From a bacterium (lineage in GTDB: Bacteria > Patescibacteriota > Minisyncoccia > Moranbacterales > UBA2206), in assembly GCA_021789395.1 (NCBI GenBank), contig JAJYJP010000001.1, positions 1-34,665 on the forward strand: a stretch of 34,665 nucleotides of DNA, in the 5' to 3' direction. A model generated the notes under the pieces. It did not search any database. It had not been told where the DNA came from and saw nothing but the letters and a program-made list of their open reading frames with translations. How positions within the stretch are numbered: the stretch's first letter is position 1; each line of letters starts with the position of its first letter. Shown piece after piece: positions 1-8,836 of this stretch. The position numbers and the translations under genes were made by a program.

Positions 1-1
1 A

Positions 2-835
2 GGCAAAGACCTGGGCTCCTCGGGCAAGGTGGCCCAAATCGCCAAATTTGAGCTTTCCGGGCATTATAATCTCTTTGGCAAAAGAGCTTTTCAGAGCTTT
101 TTCTATCGTCCCCTCGCTCAGCCAAGCCTTTTCACCAACCAAGACAAGCTGCAAATTCGTTCCAGCGTTTTTTATTCTTTCAAATGCCTCGATCAAAGTT
201 ATTAAATTTTTCCGTGGCTGAATCGCACCGATGTATAAAATATACGGTTTAATAATTTTCAAACGCGCTTTGATCCTTTTTTCTTTTTCTAAGTCACGCA
301 ACTGATCAAACACCTCCGGATCGAAACCATGATAGATGACTTTTATCTTTTCTTCTTTGACCTCCGGATAGAATTTCAAGATGTCTTTTTTGGTCGCTTC
401 GGAAATGGCGATGAGCTTCGTCGCATTCCTTATTGCGAAATCCGTGAATGAATTCAATTTTTTTAAATCATTCGTCGGGAAATGTTCCGGAAAATATTTG
501 AACGCCAGATCGTGGATCGTCACCACAGTTTTAAGACTTTTCCGGTGCAAGGCCGGCAAGGCGTGCATCGGCATCCAGAGCGCGTCGGGTTGATCTTTCC
601 AAATCTCAAGCGCAAAGCGCGTTTGCGTCCAAGCGAATGGAAAAGTTTTTTGCCTAATCTTATAATTGGAAAAATTCGGCGGCGTGAGTTCAGGATTGAA
701 ATTATTTTTGTGATAAATCAAAAATTCACTGGTCGGATCCAGCTTTCCGAAATACTTTAAAAGATTCAAGATATAAACCCGCGTGCCGTCGATGCGCGAA
801 GCATCGAGATCAGCCGCTTGGATGGCGATTTTCAT
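2..835 (-). CDS. Glycosyltransferase family 4 (GT-B), truncated by window edge
   Basis: Not in the ORF track because no stop falls in the window. Hand translation from ATG 835 gives MKIAIQAADLDASRIDGTRVYILNLLKYF...TIHDLAFKYFP...YIGAIQPRKNL...HLARGAQVFA, paralogous to the GT4s at 24479 and 25688. It starts 7 nt after the galU stop. Confidence 0.9.
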   Translation of the reverse strand, partial: MKIAIQAADLDASRIDGTRVYILNLLKYFGKLDPTSEFLIYHKNNFNPELTPPNFSNYKIRQKTFPFAWTQTRFALEIWKDQPDALWMPMHALPALHRKSLKTVVTIHDLAFKYFPEHFPTNDLKKLNSFTDFAIRNATKLIAISEATKKDILKFYPEVKEEKIKVIYHGFDPEVFDQLRDLEKEKRIKARLKIIKPYILYIGAIQPRKNLITLIEAFERIKNAGTNLQLVLVGEKAWLSEGTIEKALKSSFAKEIIMPGKLKFGDLGHLARGAQVFA

Positions 836-842
836 CTTTTTT

Positions 843-1709
843 TTATTTCAATTCTCCCAGAAATTTTTTTAATTTTTCTCCAATCTCCGGATGCTTTAGG
901 CCGAGTTTGATCGAAGCTTTCAAGAAATTGAATTTATCGCCAGTGTCGAGCCATTCGCCATCCAAAACTTTTCCGTAAAGCGGCCGGTTGTTGTTAAGCA
1001 TAATTTCAAACGCATCGGCCAATCTGATCTCGCCCGACTTGCCGTGTTTCATCGTACCCAAAACTTCCATCACTTCCGGCGTGATAACATATTTTCCAAC
1101 CGCCACCATATCCGATTTGGCATCTTCCGGTTTCGGCTTTTCGACAATATTCTTCACCTCGAAATTATTTTCTCCCAACGCAATTCCTTCAATTACCCCA
1201 AACTTGGAAACTTCTTCTTTTTCCACATGACTCAGTCCAATTACACTATCGCCGTACTTTTCATAAGTCTCAATCAACTGTTTTGCGGCCGGCACCTGGC
1301 TGTCATAGAGGCAATCTCCGAACAAAACCAAAACCGGTTCATTGTCGACGATATGGGCGGCTTGCAAAATCGCATGTCCGTCGCCCAACGGCATCGGCTG
1401 GCGGACGTAGGAAAATTTTGCCAGGCCGGAAATTGTCCGGACCGCTTCCAGAAGATCGTGCTTATTTTTCTCAACCAAAGTGTCTTCCAATTCATACGAA
1501 ACGTCGAAATGGTCTTCGATCGCCCGCTTGCCGCGGCCGGTCACGAAAATTATCTCTTCAATTCCCGATTCCACTGCCTCTTCGACCAGATATTGGATGA
1601 CCGGCTTATCGACGACTGGCAACATTTCTTTGGGCTGCGATTTGGTTGCTGGCAGAAATCTTGTTCCGAAACCCGCAACCGGCAAAATGGCTTTTTTTAT
1701 TTTTTTCAT
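843..1709 (-). CDS. galU: UTP--glucose-1-phosphate uridylyltransferase
   Basis: KAILPVAGFGTRFLPATKSQPKEMLPVVDKP, IEDHFD, VEKP and LDTGDK motifs; 288 aa. Confidence 0.96.
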   Translation of the reverse strand: MKKIKKAILPVAGFGTRFLPATKSQPKEMLPVVDKPVIQYLVEEAVESGIEEIIFVTGRGKRAIEDHFDVSYELEDTLVEKNKHDLLEAVRTISGLAKFSYVRQPMPLGDGHAILQAAHIVDNEPVLVLFGDCLYDSQVPAAKQLIETYEKYGDSVIGLSHVEKEEVSKFGVIEGIALGENNFEVKNIVEKPKPEDAKSDMVAVGKYVITPEVMEVLGTMKHGKSGEIRLADAFEIMLNNNRPLYGKVLDGEWLDTGDKFNFLKASIKLGLKHPEIGEKLKKFLGELK

Positions 1710-1736
1710 CTATTTGTCCGTTAGTTTTAAAAAATT

Positions 1737-1760
1737 CAACCCTGACCGAAATCAGGGTTG
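1737..1760. other. Perfect 9-bp stem-loop between rfbA and galU
   Basis: CAACCCTGA-ccgaaa-TCAGGGTTG; on the minus strand a T-run follows after 2 nt, so it is a possible terminator or stabiliser. Confidence 0.5.
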
Positions 1761-1767
1761 GTTGAAA

Positions 1768-2565
1768 TTACAAAAGCCTCTTTTTGGCCAGAGCTTTTAG
1801 CTCGGCATTGAACTCTTCGACGGCCGCGTCGATCAGCGGATCGAAATTCTTGTAAATCTCTTTTTCTTTGACGATCCGCCCGGCTTCCAAAAGCGTGTCG
1901 AACGTTCCCGCGTCCAGCCATTCGCCGTCAAAAGTGCTGACTTTTAGTTCGTTTCGTTCAAGATAATAGTTATGGAGCGATGTTATTTCAATTTCTCCCC
2001 GCTCGGACGGCTTGGTATTTTTAGCCGCTTCGATCACGCGATTATCATAAATGTATAGGCCAGTCACTGCGTAATCACTGATCCACTCTTGCGGTTTTTC
2101 CACAATTTTAACCGCATTACCGGTTTCATCAAATTTCACCACTCCGAATCTCTCTGGGTCGGAAACTTTCTTGGCAAAGACGTGTCCGCCCGATTGAAAA
2201 TTTTTAATCGCTTCCGAAAAATCGTCTTCGAAGATGTTGTCGCCCAGAATCATGGTAACATTATCTTTTCCGATGAATCCTTCGCCCATGATGAAAGCGT
2301 CGGCCAATCCGCGCGGGACTTTCTGTACTTCAAAAATAATACGGATGCCGTACTTTTTGAACTCCGCACCGAGCAAATTCATATACTGCCCGCTGTGTTC
2401 CGGAGTGACGATGATTAGAATGTCTTTGATGCCCGCTTTGATCAAAGTGTTCAGCGGATAAAAGATCATCTGCTTGTTGTAGACCGGCAACAACTGCTTG
2501 GAGGTCGTGGCGGTCAGCGGAAAAAGTCGCGTCGCCGTCCCGCCGGATAAAATTATTCCTTTCAT
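1768..2565 (-). CDS. rfbA: Glucose-1-phosphate thymidylyltransferase (RmlA)
   Basis: MKGIILSGGTATRLFPLT..SKQLLPVYNK, LGDNIF, PERFGVV, RGEIEIT, WLDAGT. Start set at 2565 because AAGGAG lies just upstream. Confidence 0.94.
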   Translation of the reverse strand: MKGIILSGGTATRLFPLTATTSKQLLPVYNKQMIFYPLNTLIKAGIKDILIIVTPEHSGQYMNLLGAEFKKYGIRIIFEVQKVPRGLADAFIMGEGFIGKDNVTMILGDNIFEDDFSEAIKNFQSGGHVFAKKVSDPERFGVVKFDETGNAVKIVEKPQEWISDYAVTGLYIYDNRVIEAAKNTKPSERGEIEITSLHNYYLERNELKVSTFDGEWLDAGTFDTLLEAGRIVKEKEIYKNFDPLIDAAVEEFNAELKALAKKRLL

Positions 2566-2648
2566 CTTTTTATCTCCTTTGCTCATATTTTTCTAGAAAG
2601 AACAGTAGGGATATTTTAACAAATATTATTCCTCTGTCCAATTATTTT

Positions 2649-3893
2649 TTATCTTAAATTTTTGTATATCGGAAACTTTTTGCAAAGACCGATGACCGCC
2701 CGATGGATCTCTTTCAGCACTTTATCGTTATCATGACTTTCGATAGCGGCGTTAATCCAGTTGGCAATCATTTTCACTTCTTTTTCTTTCATTCCGCGCG
2801 TCGTAATGGCCGGAACGCCGATACGCACGCCGCTTGGATCCATCGGCTTCCGCGGATCGTCCGGAATCATATTCTTATTGACCGTGATGCCAATCTTGTC
2901 CAACGCCTTCTCCGCTTCTTTGCCGGAGACGCCTTTCGAACCGAAAACATCGACCAAAACCATATGATTGTCCGTGCCGCCGAACATGATCTTGAATCCA
3001 TATTTCATCAACTCGACTTCCAAAACTTTGGCGTTTTTGATCACCTGTTTGGCATAAGTCTTGAAGCTCGGCTTCAGCGCTTCCCCCAATGCCACCGCCT
3101 TGGCTGCAACATTGTTCATGTGCGGTCCGCCCTGGAATCCCGGGAAGGCCGCCTTGTCGATCGCCTCAGCGTATTTTTTCTTGCAAAGGATCATGCCGCC
3201 GCGCGGTCCGCGCAAAGTTTTGTGCGTCGTTGTGGTGACAATGTCAAAATACGGCACCGGATTCGGAACAGCTTGGCCGGCGATCAATCCCGCAATGTGA
3301 GCGATATCGATCATCGTGATCGCGCCGACTTTTTTCGCGATCTGTTGAAATTTTTTGTAATCCAACTGCCGCGTGTAGGCGGAAAATCCCGCCAGAATCA
3401 TCTGCGGTTTTTCTTTAATCGCCATTTCTTCCAATTGTTTGTAGTCGATTTTTCCAGAGGCATCGGTTTTATAACGAACAAAATTATAAACCTTGGCCGA
3501 AAGCGTCACCGGATGGCCGTGTGTCAGATGGCCGCCGTGCGAAAGATCCATTCCCAAAACTTTGTCACCCGGTTTCAGAACGGCACTGTAGGCAATCATG
3601 TTAGCCGGCGCGCCGGAAAGCGGCTGGACGTTCACATGTTCCGCGCCGAAAAGTTTCTTCGTCCGCTCGATCGCCAAAGTTTCCACAACATCAGTATATT
3701 CCTGTCCGCCATAATATCTCCGGCCGGGATAACCTTCCGAATATTTGTTGGTAAAGACCGTTCCCAATGCTTCTAAAACCGCTTCCGAAACATAATTTTC
3801 CGACGCAATCAACTCCATGCCTTCTTGTTGCCTTTTGATCTCCCCCAGTACCGCCTTGTACACTTGCGGATCTTGTTTTTTTAAATTTTTCAT
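2649..3893 (-). CDS. glyA: Serine hydroxymethyltransferase
   Basis: ELIASEN, NKYSEGYPGRRYYGG, GGHLTHG and the TTTTHKTLRGPRGG PLP-lysine motif. Confidence 0.98.
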   Translation of the reverse strand: MKNLKKQDPQVYKAVLGEIKRQQEGMELIASENYVSEAVLEALGTVFTNKYSEGYPGRRYYGGQEYTDVVETLAIERTKKLFGAEHVNVQPLSGAPANMIAYSAVLKPGDKVLGMDLSHGGHLTHGHPVTLSAKVYNFVRYKTDASGKIDYKQLEEMAIKEKPQMILAGFSAYTRQLDYKKFQQIAKKVGAITMIDIAHIAGLIAGQAVPNPVPYFDIVTTTTHKTLRGPRGGMILCKKKYAEAIDKAAFPGFQGGPHMNNVAAKAVALGEALKPSFKTYAKQVIKNAKVLEVELMKYGFKIMFGGTDNHMVLVDVFGSKGVSGKEAEKALDKIGITVNKNMIPDDPRKPMDPSGVRIGVPAITTRGMKEKEVKMIANWINAAIESHDNDKVLKEIHRAVIGLCKKFPIYKNLR

Positions 3894-3967
3894 ATTCAAA
3901 AATTAGATTTAAATTATTAAAATTAAAAACAAGAAAAAAATCAGATCATAAAATTGGAATTTTAAAT

Positions 3968-4903
3968 TTATTTTACCGCCTTGAGATAGTCTTTGAGCGC
4001 CTCTTTCCAACTGCGCATCGGATTTAATTTTGTATTAATGAGGGCCGAATAGTACGGACGTTCCGCCGGACGAGGAAATTCAGTCGAACTTACCGGAACC
4101 ACTTTCGCTTTGATTTTGGCTTGTTTATACAATTCTAGAACAGCCTCGTACCAAGTGCAAGGTTCGCTATTCGTAACATGATAAGTGCCATACGGCTTTT
4201 TTGCCTCAATAATTTCTTTGGTCTTTTTGGCCAGATCCGGAGCATAAGTGAAACAGCTGGTTTCCTCGTCCACCACTTTGACTTCCTTATTCTTTTTACC
4301 CGCTTCCAGCATCACATCAAAAAAACTTCGCTTGGCCGTTTCCGATTTGGCCGGTTTGCCGAAAAGTTTGGACAAGCGGATGATGTAATATTTCTTACCG
4401 TTCTTTTTTACTTCTTTCTCGCCTAGTATTTTTGATTTGCCGTAATTGGATAGCGGGTTGGTTTTCGCGTTTTCATCAAAGCCGATCTCTGGAATAAAAT
4501 TCTCATGGAGCGCGCAAGTTCCGCAAGAATGGGTGCAGCCGGTCGGTTCCGGAATTTCTGGCTGACCGTCAAAAACATAATCGGTAGAATAATTTACAAA
4601 AGTGGCTTTCAATTTTGTTGCAATTTTCGCCAAATTTCCCGGCGTTTTGCCGTTCAATTTTTTAGCCAGCAAAAATTCTTTCGGATCTTCCGCTTTGTCA
4701 ACCGCATTATAACCAGTCGCATTGATTATTATTTTCGGTTTAAGTTTGGTGATCTTAGAATTAGCCTCTTTATCGTTCGTGATATCAATTTCTTCCCGAT
4801 CCCAGCCAAAAACTTCATAATCTTTATCTTTTTTAAAAACTCTCACCAATTCCTGTCCAAGCATTCCCTTGGCGCCGATTATCAAAACTTTATTTTTCTC
4901 CAT
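3968..4903 (-). CDS. rfbD: dTDP-4-dehydrorhamnose reductase (RmlD) with a Cys-rich insertion
   Basis: IIGAKGMLG, YNAVDKAE, STDYVFDG, YGKSK (YxxxK) and PRPAERPYYS; lies in the rml cluster. Confidence 0.93.
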   Translation of the reverse strand: MEKNKVLIIGAKGMLGQELVRVFKKDKDYEVFGWDREEIDITNDKEANSKITKLKPKIIINATGYNAVDKAEDPKEFLLAKKLNGKTPGNLAKIATKLKATFVNYSTDYVFDGQPEIPEPTGCTHSCGTCALHENFIPEIGFDENAKTNPLSNYGKSKILGEKEVKKNGKKYYIIRLSKLFGKPAKSETAKRSFFDVMLEAGKKNKEVKVVDEETSCFTYAPDLAKKTKEIIEAKKPYGTYHVTNSEPCTWYEAVLELYKQAKIKAKVVPVSSTEFPRPAERPYYSALINTKLNPMRSWKEALKDYLKAVK

Positions 4904-5897
4904 ATTGTTTTGCGTAATAATTTTTATAATCCCCGTTCTTGATGTTTTTCCACCACGCTTCGTTATTCTTAAACCATTCGATCGTCTTTTGCAGGCCTTC
5001 CTCGAATGAAACGCTCGGTTCCCATCCTAATTCATTTTTGATCTTGGAAAAATCGATCGCGTAGCGTTTGTCATGGCCCGGCCGATCTTTCACGAATTCA
5101 ATCGAACCTTCATCCTTGCCCATCAGTTCCAGAATTTTGTAAGTAATTTCCTTATTGGTTTTTTCTGACGCACCGCCGACGCAGTACGTTTCACCAATCC
5201 TGCCGCCGTGGATGATCAAATCAATTGCCTGACAATGGTCTTCAACATAAAGCCAGTCGCGGATATTCATTCCGTCTCCATAGAGCGGAACTTTTTTATC
5301 TTCAATTAAATTAGTCACGAAAAGCGGAATTAGTTTTTCCGGGAAGTGATACGGTCCGTAATTGTTGGAACAGTTGGAAATCGTCACGGGCAAACCGTAG
5401 GTGTGATAATAGGCGCGGACCAGATGATCGGACGAAGCTTTGGAAGCGCTGTACGGACTTCTTGGATCGTAGGGTGTGTTTTCATTGAAAGCCGGATCAT
5501 TCGGACCGAGCGAACCGAAAACTTCATCGGTCGAAACATGATGGAATCTTTTGTTGCCGTTGTTTTTGGCCGCCTCCAAAAGATTATGCGTGCCGACAAC
5601 GTTGGTATGGATGAAGGCGCTGGAATCCAAAATCGACCGATCGACATGTGACTCGGCCGCAAAATGGACGATCACATCCACATCTTTTGCTAAATCGTTT
5701 ACCAAATCCTTGTCCGCAATATCGCCTTTCACAAATTTATAATTCGGATTTCCCTCGAGCGCTTTCAGATTTTCCAAATTGCCGGCATAAGTCAAAAGAT
5801 CCAAATTGGTGATCTGGTAATCCGGATATTTCTTGGCGATGTAATGGACGAAATTGCTTCCGATAAATCCAGCTCCGCCGGTGACAAGTAATTTCAT
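4890..5897 (-). CDS. rfbB: dTDP-glucose 4,6-dehydratase (RmlB)
   Basis: VTGGAGFIGSNF, HFAAESHVDRSI, STDEVFG, SPYSASKA, NCSNNYGP, DRPGHDKRYAID. Confidence 0.98.
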   Translation of the reverse strand: MKLLVTGGAGFIGSNFVHYIAKKYPDYQITNLDLLTYAGNLENLKALEGNPNYKFVKGDIADKDLVNDLAKDVDVIVHFAAESHVDRSILDSSAFIHTNVVGTHNLLEAAKNNGNKRFHHVSTDEVFGSLGPNDPAFNENTPYDPRSPYSASKASSDHLVRAYYHTYGLPVTISNCSNNYGPYHFPEKLIPLFVTNLIEDKKVPLYGDGMNIRDWLYVEDHCQAIDLIIHGGRIGETYCVGGASEKTNKEITYKILELMGKDEGSIEFVKDRPGHDKRYAIDFSKIKNELGWEPSVSFEEGLQKTIEWFKNNEAWWKNIKNGDYKNYYAKQYGEK

Positions 5898-5906
5898 AGA
5901 TTAAAA

Positions 5907-6458
5907 TTAAAAAGGATTATTTTTTATAAATTCTTCGAACGTTTGCGCTTTCTGATCTTTTTCCGACAGAATCGGATTTTCAATCGGCCAATTGATTTTC
6001 AATGTCGGATCGTTCCAGATAAGTCCGCTATCGCTCTGCGGCGCGTAAAAATTATCAGTCTTATATAGAAATTCCGTATTGTCTTCCAAAGTGCAAAAAG
6101 CGTGCGCGAAACCGCGTGGAACATAGAGCATCTGGAAATTTTCCGCCGACAAGTTGAAGCCTTCCCACTTCCCGAACGTCGGCGAATCTTTACGCAGATC
6201 GACGATGACATCATAAACCGAGCCTTTCACGACGCGCACAAATTTCGCCTGTGTGTGCGGCGACAACTGAAAATGCAAGCCGCGCAAAACGCCCTTGTTC
6301 ACCGACATAGAATGATTGTCCTGGACAAAATCAGCCTTGATTCCGGCTTGCTCGAATTCTTTTTGGGAATAGGACTCCAGAAAAAATCCTCGCTCATCCT
6401 GGAAGACTTTAGGTTTGATCAAATAGGCGTCTTTTAGGGTTGTTTTTTGAAATTCCAT
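5907..6458 (-). CDS. rfbC: dTDP-4-dehydrorhamnose 3,5-epimerase (RmlC)
   Basis: DERGFFLES, FVQDNHS, GVLRGLHFQ, DLRKDSPTFGKW, GFAHAF. Confidence 0.97.
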   Translation of the reverse strand: MEFQKTTLKDAYLIKPKVFQDERGFFLESYSQKEFEQAGIKADFVQDNHSMSVNKGVLRGLHFQLSPHTQAKFVRVVKGSVYDVIVDLRKDSPTFGKWEGFNLSAENFQMLYVPRGFAHAFCTLEDNTEFLYKTDNFYAPQSDSGLIWNDPTLKINWPIENPILSEKDQKAQTFEEFIKNNPF

Positions 6459-6492
6459 AGTATTCCTATGATAGTATATTTTTGAACAAAAT

Positions 6493-6520
6493 AAAAGGGC
6501 GGGTTTACGCCCACTCTTTT
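6493..6520. terminator. Probable intrinsic terminator after the Wzz-like gene
   Basis: aaaa-GGGCG-ggttta-CGCCC-actctttt; T-runs follow the stem on both strands. Confidence 0.55.
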
Positions 6521-6535
6521 ATATATAAGAAAAGT

Positions 6536-7504
6536 CTATAAATTGCCTTTTAAAAGCTTATTCAATCTTTCTTTGACCTCTTCCGGAGTCGCCTCACGAA
6601 GATGGTCGGCTTTTACCTCTTTTCCTTCACCCGGCGCAAAACTTACTGCTCCCTCAAGCATCGGGCCTTCGCCGATCGGCAGATTGGAAGGCGCTACCGA
6701 TTTCTTTTCTCTCGCAACCGGTTGCGACGGTTTTTTCCCAATCTTTTTTTCTTTAGTTTCAAGTTTTTCAAGAATAACTTTTTTTTCATCCTCCGCTGGA
6801 ACCGGACGGATAGTTTCAGAAATGTCCGATTGGATAATTTCTTCAGCTTCCGGTTCAGGCTCAAACTTCTTTCCCGCCTCTTCCGGCTTGAATATCGATC
6901 CAAATTCTTTCCGAGAAATAATCCCGCGTTTTTTTCGGATTGAAAATATGATGTTGGCAATAGCGACTCCCAGAACCAAACCCAATATGCTGCTGATTGC
7001 AATCGAACTTGTCCAGAAATCCCCTCTTTGCGTGAGGCTCACGATCGGTTCTTCAATAATACGGACACTGAGATCGGTCTGGATATTATAATAATGGCTC
7101 ATGACAACGGCAATATCGTTTGCCGCCTGCTGAGTAATGATATCGGCCTGCGCCGGATTTTTATCGAAAACAGAAATGTCCAAAATGCTGCTGTGTCCGA
7201 TGCGACGAATATCAATTTTAGAATCCCAATAACTTTTTCTTTGGACATCAGGCAGATTGGCAGCGCCGTCCACTATGTCATGATTTTCGGCAAGCATACC
7301 ATTATAAAAAGAAAGAGATTTGGGAATTTCCTGAACATTGCCGATGATTTGTTCGATATTCCCGGCCGTCATCGTGTTTTCCGGCAAAATCAGAATCCGC
7401 GACTCGCCCACATAAGTCTTATTGGCATTATAAAGCACGGTAAAGATTATAGCGGCAGCAATGATGCTTGCGGTCCAGAACAATTTTGATTTCAGCGTTT
7501 GCAT
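6536..7504 (-). CDS. Wzz/CapA-like polysaccharide co-polymerase with a long charged C-terminal tail
   Basis: Two TM helices flank a ~130-aa external domain (SSILDISVFDKNPAQADII.., VRIIEEP, typical of CapA/YveK-type proteins). A K/E-rich cytoplasmic tail follows. Directly upstream of the rml genes. Confidence 0.6.
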   Translation of the reverse strand: MQTLKSKLFWTASIIAAAIIFTVLYNANKTYVGESRILILPENTMTAGNIEQIIGNVQEIPKSLSFYNGMLAENHDIVDGAANLPDVQRKSYWDSKIDIRRIGHSSILDISVFDKNPAQADIITQQAANDIAVVMSHYYNIQTDLSVRIIEEPIVSLTQRGDFWTSSIAISSILGLVLGVAIANIIFSIRKKRGIISRKEFGSIFKPEEAGKKFEPEPEAEEIIQSDISETIRPVPAEDEKKVILEKLETKEKKIGKKPSQPVAREKKSVAPSNLPIGEGPMLEGAVSFAPGEGKEVKADHLREATPEEVKERLNKLLKGNL

Positions 7505-7583
7505 AGGATTATTTTACGTAATTTATGGGCACTTGGCGTTATTCAATAGATAGGCTATTTTTGACCACTCGTCAAGTATTCCA

Positions 7584-7612
7584 GACTATCATCCATTCCG
7601 CGGCAAGTCAAT
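7584..7612 (-). promoter_or_regulatory. sigma70-type promoter candidate
   Basis: TTGACT-17 nt-TAGTCT with a TGn extension on the minus strand, overlapped by the inverted repeat CATCCATT..AATGGATG. Confidence 0.45.
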
Positions 7613-7644
7613 GGATGGGAGGATTTTTCGTGTCTCGTCGTATC

Positions 7645-7917
7645 TTATGTATTACTATCCTGAATCTTGCCTCTTTCTGCAAATTTAAAGAGTGTCCATA
7701 GTTTTATGCAACACTCTTTTATATGATCCGGAGTTTTCCGGTTGTTTTCAGTTTCATGTTCCCGCCCAGATTTGGCACGGATTTTTTCGGACCCCAATTG
7801 GGCATCCGTTGGCTGTTCGCATTTGCGCAACAGTTTCAGAATCTCGTTTGAGCATTCTGAAAAAATAAATAAGCGCGCTTCTTCTTGCTTGGCCTTGGCC
7901 GACGACATAGAAATCAT
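7645..7917 (-). CDS. Hypothetical protein (doubtful)
   Basis: A 90-aa ORF fills the gap in the prevailing orientation, but it has no SD and no recognisable motif. Confidence 0.3.
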   Translation of the reverse strand: MISMSSAKAKQEEARLFIFSECSNEILKLLRKCEQPTDAQLGSEKIRAKSGREHETENNRKTPDHIKECCIKLWTLFKFAERGKIQDSNT

Positions 7918-7925
7918 GAAGATTT

Positions 7926-7970
7926 AAAAAGCCGGAGGAAGCCCAAACACTGAAGAGGCCTGGACTTCCC
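7926..7970 (-). terminator. Probable terminator closing the three-gene cassette
   Basis: Minus strand GGAAGUCCAGGC/GUUUGGGCUUCC 12-bp stem with G-U pairs, followed by uccggcUUUUU. Confidence 0.55.
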
Positions 7971-7980
7971 CATACGTGTC

Positions 7981-8820
7981 TCACCCGATGATGTCGATTC
8001 CGGAAAGTTCTCCGCTTCTGATGGCATGTTCAATAACCCTGGCCTGCAAACTTGCGGGATTGAATTGCTTGGCACAATAGAGAGCCAACGTTTTAGCGAC
8101 AGATGCTTTCATCTCGGTAAGTTTTGCCTTGGCAACCCTGGGGATCGAAGTCGGATCGGGAAATTCCCCTTTTACATCGCCCGGCACGTGCAACGAACGC
8201 CGCTTACCTTCAATCAGCGGCGGCCGGTACACAATGTTATCGCGTCCGCAGATATTAGTTAGGGAAATTTCCGACATTTCCATCAGCGCTGCCGTCTTGC
8301 CAGAAACTTCGTCGATTTTCTTCTCGACGACCGGCAATTGGTTTTTGAGCGTCGTTGTGACATCGTTGAGGTGGCACACATGATCCGTTGCCAATTTATC
8401 GACATATTTTTTGTTCCTGCGCAGACTGAAGAGCACAACAGCCACGATGATGATCGCTGTCGCGGCCAGTCCCACCAGAATTGCAATCATCGAACCGGAG
8501 ACAGTGCGATTGCTTTTCTTGATGCCATTATCAATGTCTTTCAGCTTGCTTTTTTCACCGTTGAGCCTGGCGAGTTCGGCGTTAAGTTGCTCCAGTGTTT
8601 TTTCCGTCGCCGCATCTCTTTTTTTCAACATCCGTTCATTCAACCAGCCGATGCTGCGGATGGTTCTGATACGTTCATAGCGCGCAATTTCTCTTGCCTG
8701 TTTAGAAGACAGCGTGGCAGGCGGAACAACTTCTTCCTTTCCCGCATAAGTAAATGCTTGCGCCGTCGACACAAATCCGAACGTAGCCGCAAGCAGCAAT
8801 ATGAACACGAGCTTCCTCAT
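7981..8820 (-). CDS. Hypothetical type-I membrane protein (signal peptide, coiled coil, TM, cytoplasmic domain)
   Basis: Start reset to ATG 8820 (GGGAGG SD). MRKLVFILLLAATFGFVSTAQA signal peptide, heptad segment EKTLEQLNAELARLNGEKSKL, TM MIAILVGLAATAIIIVAVVLFSL followed by RRNKK. Confidence 0.8.
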   Translation of the reverse strand: MRKLVFILLLAATFGFVSTAQAFTYAGKEEVVPPATLSSKQAREIARYERIRTIRSIGWLNERMLKKRDAATEKTLEQLNAELARLNGEKSKLKDIDNGIKKSNRTVSGSMIAILVGLAATAIIIVAVVLFSLRRNKKYVDKLATDHVCHLNDVTTTLKNQLPVVEKKIDEVSGKTAALMEMSEISLTNICGRDNIVYRPPLIEGKRRSLHVPGDVKGEFPDPTSIPRVAKAKLTEMKASVAKTLALYCAKQFNPASLQARVIEHAIRSGELSGIDIIG

Positions 8821-8836
8821 AAACAACCTCCCTTTT

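Noticed and set aside
2703..3776. 357-aa plus-strand ORF antisense to glyA (also 1044-1724, 13444-14259, 13596-14492, 19095-19691, 22764-23366)
   Set aside because: These are shadow ORFs opposite well-conserved genes, with no motifs and unnatural composition.
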